Positions 12,961-23,068 of a stretch of DNA of 64,000 bases are shown piece after piece. The stretch lies in the NCBI RefSeq assembly GCF_022045235.1, contig NW_027266308.1, positions 13,888,001 through 13,952,000 of the forward strand, written 5' to 3'. Within the stretch, counting starts at the first letter, position 1. Every line of letters starts with the position of its first letter. The notes under the pieces were generated by a model, which worked only from the letters and a program-made list of their open reading frames with translations, searched no databases and was not told where the DNA came from. This DNA comes from Haliotis cracherodii (Eukaryota). The position numbers and the translations under genes were made by a program.

Positions 12961-14607
12961 GTTTACATTGCATTGCATGCATCGAATTACACGTTTAAAA
13001 TATCGTTCATATTAATTATATTAAATATCAGCAAACAGAGATTAGCAATAGATTTCATTCGTCGAAACATCACAGAAAGAAGGGCAGCCTGGAATTTTCC
13101 AATGGCATCATAATGCACTAAGAAGTTCAACTGGTCAGGATGAGAGAATTGCGGAAGATTACGATAAACTTACAGATCTCCATTTCGAGTATCTAAAGTG
13201 TGAATAAAGATCACAGCTTGCTATGACGTGTACTGCATTCCTGCAGATTTAGCAATGTCATCAGCTATAAAAGTTATGTTAAAATGCTCTAGTAGACAAA
13301 GACCCAAATGTTTATAGGCATGACCATATTACATTCTAAGCAAATATCTCCACATTTAAAAACAAAGCTAGATTGAGTCTTTGAAGCGCATTAAGAAGTG
13401 ATACACATAAGGAAGAAAATATGAATGTCAACGTCTTTATTATGAGGAACACAACGTTTCGGTGTATATACGCACTCCTTCATCGGGTGAATAAATGCTA
13501 TGAGGCAGAGAACATATATATGTATCTGTAAGAACACCAAAAGTTAAAAGATAGCAAAGAAGGAAACGTAACAAGGGAAGCCAACAGATGATTAGCGCTG
13601 ATTAACCCGGCCTCCCGTTTGCCCATTGTCCATTGCCCATTACCAATCGTTCATAAGTTAAGTTTTGGCTTTAATTTGTCCGTCGACGTCTATATTCTCA
13701 ACCCTAAAAATTACGAGAATATGTAGTTTACTGAGAATGGGTTAGATCGCTGACTTGTGTGCTGGCGATTGGGTGCCTCACTCACAGTGTGGGCTCAGTC
13801 GGAAGTCAACCCAAAAAAGTACGAGAATCTGTACTTTACTGAGAATGTGTTATCCCAATTATGACATTTGTCGCCAAGAAAGCACAATAAATATATTCGG
13901 CTTTTGATGGGTAATAACATCACAGACATTTACGGATATTGATGACGACTTGGACGTCTTCTCAATTCAGGGATTGGTAAATCAAAATTCATCTTCGGCG
14001 GGATGGTAGTTCGAGTCGGATAAGCATATTAACTATGATCTTCTTAAGGTAGAGAATGCCGCGCATGAATGTATTAATGAGATTCCCAGGTACATGGTGC
14101 CTTTTCGTCACCAGGAATACGCACAGTGGAGACTTAAATGAGGATAGGGTGTACACAATGTCATCAAACCAGACAACGTTGGTCTTTGACTGATTGTGGC
14201 GTAAAAAACACTTATTCATTTACTTGTATCGGAAATTAAATGTTCATCTTAAATGTTATTCATGAACACGTAATATATTTCTAAAGAAACGAAACAGTGA
14301 CATAATAACTACAACTTTATGTGAGCACGAGTAGCTCTATTGGAATGAGATGAATAAGTGTTACAAAGTTGGTTAGCTTCTTCACAACCGTATACTTTGA
14401 ATTGACTTTATTGGGTAATCAAAAAAGAGATCGCGTCCTAAAATAGCCCAAATATCATACGATTTCACTTGTCCACCATCTTGGGGGCAAGGCGAAAACT
14501 TTTCAGGGCGTTTGAAGCCACTGAGAATGCCCCCTGCAGAGTTGGACGAACATCCTGCGGTAGCGCGACGGAGTTGACCAGAGGCTATCAGCAGTATTTC
14601 CTGTCCG

Positions 14608-14668
<61 letters not shown>

Positions 14669-14670
14669 CG
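14608..14670. repeat. (TG)n microsatellite
   Basis: Direct inspection; it explains the HT/CV-repeat ORFs. Confidence 0.95.
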
Positions 14671-16461
14671 TGGGGGTGAGAGTGGGGTATACATGATAGT
14701 TTTAGCAACAAGTAAGGTCATCTTGAAGGGGACGGTATTCGCAGATGGATCAGCATATGAACTTTGATTCTCAAAATGAAGATCCTCGATGTTCGACCTG
14801 GTAGAAGTGTGTAATCAAACCTCACAGCACTGGTTTTTGACCGTGATCCAGTGTACAGGGTGTCATTACATAAAAAATAAAGTAATAATAGGATAACCAG
14901 AAAAACGGGGTGTAACACCCAGGCCAATAAGCTTCGCTTAGGAACACCAGAGTAAGTCAGTACAAGATTGAAAACTGCCTCATAATTATGTATGACAGGT
15001 TTGTCGGGTATTGCTACATATATATGTGAAAACAAAGTTATTAAAATGAAGAGCAAAACTGACGAAAGTTACCAATAAACGTGTTTAAGGGTTATATCGT
15101 CCCTGCAAAAATAATGAGTGCTTGTCTTTAGTATTAACATTCAAATACGTTATATCTGTATTAGCGGTATTGTCTACGTTCCACCGGTGAGTAAGCCTTA
15201 CCCTTACTATCTCGTAGTATAAATATTGAAAGAAATTTGTAATTCTGAAGACATCACGATACAGTTTGGATCGGTTTGGGTGGCAGCCTTGATAGCCATA
15301 GAATAGGTTCATCTCGGAATCTCCCATTACACTGGGGCTCCTCTTCAGTTTTGATTTAGTTACTTGTTTCTTTCAAAACTATACAGCTTTAGAGACTAAG
15401 CATTAGTCTGAACAGGCATCACCAGTTTGGAATTTTACGATTCCGAACTTTCACGAGACTGTGTTTATGAATCATTGTCAAATAGTGGTGACATGAAATC
15501 TCGGAAACAATACGCGAAATCGCGCATGCACAGAACGGACAATTTGGACAAGGCATTAAGTAATCCGCATGCGCAGAACCATTGATTTCAATACTTCCGC
15601 TAAGCGCTTCGAGTGCAGCTTCAAACGCGGGCCTGTAATCTAACACGAGAGAACTGACCAATGAAATCTGAGAAGTAGAAATACCGGTAGACGCTGTTGC
15701 TTGATTGACAATGTCAATCAAGAAAAAGAGGAGCTTGATGATATCGTTCTCTCCCAGTAAATTCCAATGTCAAATAACGACATTATTTGGACGGAAAAAC
15801 GATGGTTTGAAAACGTCCAAATAACGTCGTTTTTCCGTCCAATGACCATATACGGAAAAAAACGCTGCAGTAAGAGCAGTATGACGCTCATGTAATGGAA
15901 ATACTTATAATACATTATAATCTTCACCGTTATTAAATTCTCTCTTTTCTATTCCCGTTGTTACTGATATCTCTTAAACTCAGGGACATAATTTGATGAT
16001 GAAGAATGTTTGGCTGGAGTTTCGCTTAAGTTTATTTTCAATGTCAGATTTATCAGTTATCAATTTCTCAAAGTCTTCAAGATGGGATACGGACGATTTT
16101 AACCTTTGCCTTTTATTTTTTATGTTCCATACCTTGGACATATGTCTGCATGAATTAATTTTGGCGACATAGTTTCTCCAAGATTGGCGCTCATTTGTTC
16201 ATAATCACGTCGTGCCTTGGCAATAATAACTGTAACATTATCAAAGTTATGAACTGTAGGATGTTTGCAGGAAATATTTTCCCGCTTTCTTCCTGCACTT
16301 TCTTGCTTGTTTGCAGTTGTTATTAAACCATGGTTTACAAATATTTTTAGAGGACTTAGGGATTATTTGGTCAGCAATATTATATAGTTGACCCGAAAAC
16401 AACTAGATGGAATCTGGTAAGTATCTGAAATTGTCAGCTTTTAGCTTTTCAGCACATAATA

Positions 16462-17956
16462 TACTCAACAACAAAAGTTCCTGTGACACCAATATTTTAG
16501 TGTTTATTTCAAACAAGTAAAATTTGGTTTTCAGTATTGTAGTACATGTATCGAATCTAGTCACAAAAACGCAACTACAGAAAAGCATGCATTCCATGCA
16601 AAAGTTGACTTTTATGCAAGCCCCATGCATTTCACTACCCAAGAGTGGGTATAAAACATATGCGTTAACGGGAATCCATATGCATTGTTTAGCATCGTGC
16701 TGACAACAACCACTCAGAAAAACAACAAAATTACGCAATTATTCAACATTTCGAAATGTCACGCCTGTCCGAAAATGAGCGTCTTCGAGCCATTGGTATG
16801 CTTGAAGCAGGGTCGAATCAACGTGATGCTGCAAGACAATTTAACGTCCACAGAAACGCCATTTGGTGTTTATGGCAACGTTGGCAACAGACGAATGCAG
16901 TCAGAGACCATTCTCGGAGTGGCACACCACGCGTAACCAATAATCGACGAGACAACTGAATTCGAACAACACACCTACGAAAGCGATTCCAGCCAGCAAC
17001 AGCGACTGCAAGAAGCATCCCTGGCCTTCGACGAATATCTTCACAAACCGTACGTCGTCGCCTCAGATGTGCAGGGATTGTCGCCAGAAGACCCGCCAGA
17101 CGTCCCATTTTGACAGGAAACCACCGTCAAGCACGTCTACAGTGGTGCAGATAGTGTCTTCGCTGGACGGCCATACAGTGGGGACAGGTTCTATTCACCG
17201 ACGAGTCTCGTTTTCACCTCAGCCACAGCGATGGACGGATTCGAGTGTACCGACGTCGAAGTGAACGTTACGTCAATCATTGTGTCATGGAAGAAGATCG
17301 GTTCGGGGGCGGCAGCGTTATGGTATGGGGTGGAATTACAGCAAGACAGAGCACACGTTTGATAGTGGTAGAGGGAAATCTCAATGGACAGCGCTACCGC
17401 GACGAGATCATTGGCTCTGTTGTTCTACCGTTTTTGCGTCGTCATTGCTCAAGCATTACCTTTCAACATGACAACGCCCGGCCTCATATTGCTCGACTTG
17501 TTCAGGATTCTCTTCAACAAAACAACGTGCACGTCATCCCTTGGCCGGCTCGCTCCCCTGATCTCTCACCAATCGAGCACATGTGGGATGAGATGGATCG
17601 GCGCCTTCGACGTCAACCACGTGTTCCACAGACACTCCAGGAACTTCGAAACATGCTCCAGCAGATATGGACAGATATCCCACAGGACTTTGTGCGACGC
17701 CTGGTCTATTTCATGAGATGAAGATGTGTTGCTTGCATCGCAACCAGAGGACACACACGCTATTGATTTCTAAATTGACATTTTGACATGTTCATGTTTT
17801 TTATTATTTTCTGAAGTCAGTATGGCAAATTAAACCATTTGAACACTTACAGGAGTCTGTTATCTGTTGCAAACCGAAATTGTTTCAGATTTGGTAAAAA
17901 AACATAACTTTGCATGAAATCTTATTCAATGTCACATGAACTTTTGTTGTTCAGTA
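16462..17956 (+). mobile_element. Tc1-family (DD34E) transposon, full length, inactivated by nonsense codons
   Basis: TIRs TACTCAACAACAAAAGTTCCTGTGACA / TGTCACATGAACTTTTGTTGTTCAGTA with TA flanks. One reading frame 16756-17766 (MSRLSENERLRAIGML...FTDESRF...FQHDNARPH...SPDLSPIEH...GHTRY*) with 34 residues between the second D and the E. Premature stops at 16957, ~17152 and 17719. Confidence 0.95.
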
Positions 17957-18075
17957 TACATACATAGTATGACCTTGTTCAAATGTAAGTTGATCTGAAA
18001 CTTATTTGAACCATACAGTTCAAAACAACGCTAATCTTGCCAGACGTTTTCAATGTGCACTGTTTTCCCTTTCAG

Positions 18076-18210
18076 CTGTTATCTACAGCGAGACCTGCAG
18101 AGATCAGAAAGACTGTAATCACGTGACATGTGACAGTTCCTAAAAGTTGGGCCGCTCTCATGGAGAATGTACCTGCCTGACTTCCGCCACTGCTGGCTCC
18201 TGCGTTCAAG
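18076..18210 (+). pseudogene. Pseudogenised exon 2 of a diverged paralog of the array cvSI-like gene
   Basis: Acceptor TTTTCCCTTTCAG| and donor G|GTATGA, phase 1-1 as in the array exon 2. Reads (A)VIYSETCRDQKDCNHVTCDSS*KLGRSHGECTCLTSATAGSCVQ, with an in-frame TAA and Cys->Arg. Confidence 0.88.
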
Positions 18211-18423
18211 GTATGATAAAGTTTAGACATAGTGTTACCATAAGTAGCATTTTTTCTTATAGCTGCTTAGGTAACTAAACATGATTCTCGTCTTATTTTT
18301 ACTCGAGATGCCAAGTGCATTTTTAATTTAAATATCACAATGCATAATAAAGAAACAGGTTTGAAGCATATGTACAGCTCTCAATACCTTTTAAGTCTAT
18401 GATCAATTGTTACACAAAGAAAG

Positions 18424-18473
18424 CACCGCCTCCTTGTTCTAGTGGCAGAGCGTTTGCACGGAGAGCGAAGGTC
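18424..18473 (+). mobile_element. Truncated tRNA-derived SINE head
   Basis: CACCGCCTCCTTGTTCTAGTGGCAGAGCGTTTGCACGGAGAGCGAAGGTC resembles the reverse complement of 26196-26247. Confidence 0.6.
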
Positions 18474-18539
18474 TTCAGCATAGGTTGATCGGGACATATT
18501 CTACTCCATACTAGTGTATAATTCACGATGTATAATTGA

Positions 18540-18760
18540 CGCTATTATTGTATAAAGGGGCACCCAGCAATATTATATCATATATCACGATCGGATGTTT
18601 ATAATCGATTGTGGACCAGACAATGGTGATTGACATCACAAGAATTGATCCACGGAATATTGGGACATGCAATCAGCCAAGTCACTGAGCCTGACCTCCC
18701 GATCCATTTAATCACCTCTTATGACACGCATATGTTTCTGGGACCTATGTGCTTATCTGG
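18540..18760 (-). mobile_element. Degraded SINE
   Basis: TGGACCAGACAAT...GAGCCTGACCTCCCGATCC matches the family at 7440 and 25440. Confidence 0.6.
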
Positions 18761-18956
18761 AATCCCTACGCGTCAGATTGCCCCTTTTAATAAGAGAGAG
18801 GAAGGCAATGGTGCTGATCCTTGGTGCAATAGCTATTCTTTTCTACTGTGATCTATATTGATTGGAGAATAAAGTGTGTGATCAACTGCGAAAATTCTGG
18901 ACCAAATGTATCACAAATGTCAACACATGACGTAACATCCAAACAGGATTAATATG

Positions 18957-21762
18957 AAAAGATCACTTATGAAGATTATTATAAAATAATTAATTTATTT
19001 GATATCTTAAACATATTCTGATATACGGGGGCTGGTCAAAAAGTGTGAAACCTGACAAACAAAACCAACAATTATGAAAGTGTTTTTTTATAACATACAC
19101 TTTTCATATCATGTAATTCATATGTCAGGAAGAAGTTTTCTGAAGCCACATTAAAAAAAGACATTCACGGCAGGTCTTCGTTGTCGTCATAGCGCTTTCC
19201 ACAAAAGTGTTGTTTAAGTTTAGGAAACAGGTAGAAATCTCTTGGTGCAAGATCTGGCGAGTATGGAGGGTGAGGAAGCTCTTCGAACCCGCATTGTCTC
19301 ATTGTCGGGAGGTGTAAGAAGAGACATTCTCATGAAGTAGTAGAACTCCAGCAGTCAGCATTCCCGCCGCTTTTCTTTGATAGAATGTCTCAGGTAATGG
19401 CGCAAATCAGCATAGTGGACACTGGTAATCTTCTTTGACCTTCTTAGTAATCAAACAAGGATTACACCCTTTGCATCGCAGAATACAGTGGCCATAACTT
19501 TTGTTACTGATCTTGAAGACTTGAATTTCTTTGATGCCGGAGAAGTGGAATAGTGCCATTCCATGGATTGACGTTTTGACTCGGGATCATAGTGGTAGAC
19601 CCATGTTTAATCACCCGATACTAATATCTTTTGGAATTTGACGAATTCCTTTTCAATTAGCTCTAAATATTTTCTGGCAATGTCAGTTTCTTTAGAATTT
19701 ATCAACTTTGGCACCCAACGAGCAGATATCTTATTCATCTGTAAATGTTCATAAATAATAGGTCGAATGGATCCATGGCTTAGACCTGTGTTTTCCTCAA
19801 GTTCAGCAAAGGTAATACGTCTATCTGACAGTATAAGTTTGTGTATCTCCTTGATTGAATCATCATTGATGGAAATTGAGGGACGTCCAGATTTAGGGTC
19901 ATCATCAAGGCTTGTTCTCTCAGCCTTAAACATAGCTGCCCAACGTTTAACAGTGTAATAGCGAGGGCACTTATCCCAATACGCTTGTGATGTGCGGTCA
20001 TGAATATTTTATTTTTATCTAAATCGAAAGCTTGATGACTGCTCATGCTCGTAGTTTTCCATTTCTGTGTCCATTTGGACCTATATCACGTTCAATTGGC
20101 TGTCACTTTTATACAAATTGCCTCAACAGACCATATTCACTTGCAATGAACAACTCAAACAAGGTACTACATTGACTAGTTCACTTTCTTATGGCCCACA
20201 GTTAAATTTTTTGTCAGGTTTAGAACTTTTTGACCAGCATTCGTATATGAAAATGATTTATAGCCACTTTGAAAGTTAGATGACAAATGAGAACACACGA
20301 TATAGAGAACTTTATTGATGAAACACTTCATTCTTGATCATGTAAACGTTTTAGTTCAGGGCATTTTGTCAAAAATGAAAGAAAATGTCATCTGAAGTTA
20401 ACTGGGCACAACAATATGTGAATGCTGGATTTCATGACATATAACTTCTTTGTGAAATGTGGGGATAAGATATTGGGGCATAAAGTAGGCATCCCCACAT
20501 CTACCAATTGTGCTCTTCCCCTCATTGTTGATTTGTTTCTCTATGAGCTTTTGCAGAATTCCTGCTCGGCTTAGCAACATTAAAACAGAGGAATTTAACC
20601 AAGAAGTTTAACATATGCTTCAGGAATATCGAAGATCTGATACAATTCAATAATGGTCAAAGAGCCACATCCCTTCCACTGATTTTCCCACCTGTACTAC
20701 AAATAAAAGGTACCAGTGAAACAGTCTCATCTGTTTCATATGTAGATTTAAACTGACCCAAAACTATCCGCAAGACTGTATGACAAGAGGGATCCAATAG
20801 TCAACTTTCCCCTTCTGTCCAGCAATATTCCATCAACTCCAGCCCATGTCTACATTTCACAAATTTTGAGATCAAGCATGTTCTCTCTTTGACGCTTTTT
20901 AAAGAGCGTCATATTGCACTTGCTGAAAAGTTTTTTTTATCAGGGTTATAATATTCAACGCCTAAGCAAAGTTTTGAAAAGGTGTTATAGTAGAGAGCAT
21001 TTCCAATCTTGATGCATCAGTGACAAATAGTGACGCAAAAGGCAATTCCATATCTGGACTTGTGTCATATGTTTCCGTTTTTTTAGATGAACAATTGACT
21101 TGCAACTTTTCGCGAACAGCGGATATCATCACTTTTTGATGGTGATTCAAAGACACATGCTCATGATATAGTCGGAATCGTACAATCATACTTCTTTAGT
21201 CTAATATTTGTTTATTATTTAATTCTTGCCAATCTTGTCTTTATGTCTTCCGTGTTCTAGTCACATATTTGTTTACATTTCAGTGGAGGAAAAGAACATT
21301 CATCTAATACTTACCGCCGCTTTTTGTAAACTATGGAGAAGAACCATACATTGTGATTGTTTTGTGTTTCGCAAAACAGGTTTGGAGTAGGTTAAATGTG
21401 GAAAATGTCTGACAGATATGGCATTATGATATATGCGAGTGGGATAGCTACTGTTTGGTGATCAAATTTAATTCTTAGTGTTGTTGCTACTAAGATGAGT
21501 TTTTGATAATAAGAGCTCACCTGGAAAGATATTCACCACTTTATAATATCAGCAAAGACAGAAACTTAAAACAAGTTGCTGTTAGCATGGACATTCAAAT
21601 ATTTTGAATTATTTTCTGCATTAATAGCCAGGAAATAAAAACGTCAACGCTAGAGAATAATCACTCTCGATTATCCCACAAAACAGATGCCACTGGGTTT
21701 AAAAAGCAAACTAGTGGAATATTTTGATAAAAATGGATCACTGAAATCATGGATGACACCAG
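18957..21762. repeat. Right arm of the inverted duplication (Penelope RT relic on + at ~20290-21100, plus mariner)
   Basis: Collinear reverse complement of 1-2864, with scattered substitutions and indels. Confidence 0.95.
19024..20245 (-). mobile_element. Mariner transposon, duplicate of 1572-2796
   Basis: TIRs TACGGGGGCTGGTCAAAAAGTGTGAAACCTGACAAA / TTTGTCAGGTTTAGAACTTTTTGACCAGCATTCGTA. The minus strand reads LPHPPYSPDLAPRDF. Same flanks as the first copy. Confidence 0.93.
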
Positions 21763-22427
21763 GTGTTCGCGAAAAGGACAAGCACGTCCTGCCCTATCAG
21801 TAGCATCCGCCACAATTTGCAAAAAAGGTATGTATTTGTTGCCTGACACTGCACAGCCATTCCCCTGTCATGCAATGCGTCATGTAAACCAACCAGACTA
21901 TCAAGTGAAGGTCAGAAATCCAGTCACACGATAGAGCATTTACTGATTTTGTTGAAACCAAAAAAAATATTTTAATATATTGTTGAAAATTCGTGAATAT
22001 AATTCAAAAACAGGAAGCAACAATTTCATGTACGCTCTAACATGGACTGTAATATATTATTTATGTTATTATACGCCAAGGATGTCATGTACAACATATT
22101 GGACAATCGAAGTGCTTGAAAGACAGAATGGGCGTCCATAAACAGATAAAGGACCCCATGCAAGGTTCAGCCCCTTAAGCGCTCGACAAATGCGCAGCAG
22201 GAAAAGAAATATAATTTAAGATATACCCTTTCTGTAAAATGAATACTGCTGATGCCCAGCAGTGTAAAGATAAAAAAATGTTTTCATTAAAAGGTTGTGA
22301 CCATCTGTAAATAAGTAGCGCATGGAACATTAACTATATTTGTATCTATTGTGAAAGTTACCGCTGTCATTATAAAGCCGCGGTGTTATAACTCTGTAAT
22401 CACTTCTCCCTGAAGATACAATAGAAG

Positions 22428-22726
22428 GTGAGGTGAAATGGGGTTTAACGTCGCGTCTAAGATTATTGCACTTATATAGCGACGTGCATGTACGTGTGTG
22501 TGTTTGTGTGGCTGCTTGTACTAGTCCGGACTGATGCCGATTTATAGTGCTAGCTCACTGAGATACCATGCCGCAATTTAACATGAATACCCAACTCAGA
22601 CACAGTATACTGACTCCGAGCCGGCCAGTCCTTGTTTTAGCCAGTCAGGGTAACAAAAAGTACCATCTTTAAACGTCTTTTGGCTCTCCAGGCGTACGCT
22701 CTACGACTAGACCACGGAGGCGGTCA
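22428..22726 (-). mobile_element. SINE at the left edge of the array
   Basis: Tail-like GTGAGGTGAAATGGGGTTTAACGTCGC and head GCTCTCCAGGCGTACGCTCTACGACTAGACCACGGAGGCGGTC resemble the in-unit SINE. The body differs. Confidence 0.7.
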
Positions 22727-23007
22727 GATACAATTGAAACATGTAGAACGATTCGTGTCATTATTGCGTGACTTTCATTTTATATATATTTCTTATATAT
22801 AAAATCGTGTTGTCTATATATTTGTAGGATCATGAACATGACTAGATAGCTATCGTGGGTCATCAGATCCCCACAAATGAACCTGTTATCTACATTTCAT
22901 GACATAACCGCGCACGGGAACATACATGTACGTCCCGCCTGCACCTGCTGTGCGCAGAATCACAACATCGTGACAGGGTTGGTGTTGGTATCATTTGAAA
23001 CAGAAAG

Positions 23008-23015
23008 TATATAAG
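23008..23015 (+). promoter_or_regulatory. TATA box of the array gene (present in every unit)
   Basis: TATATAAG 61 nt upstream of the ATG at 23069, implying a ~30 nt 5' UTR. Confidence 0.75.
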
Positions 23016-23068
23016 AGGATCAACCAAATGAAGACTTTACTTTGAAAGCTTTTCGCTTAACTCCAGAC

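Noticed and set aside
14382-14721. HT/CV-repeat ORFs
   Set aside because: Produced by the (TG)n microsatellite.
16369-16422. Possible exon 1 remnant of the pseudogene (GTCAGCAATATTAT..., ATGGAATCTG|GTAAGT)
   Set aside because: The match to array exon 1 is only ~14 nt, in AT-rich sequence, and no signal-peptide frame can be built.
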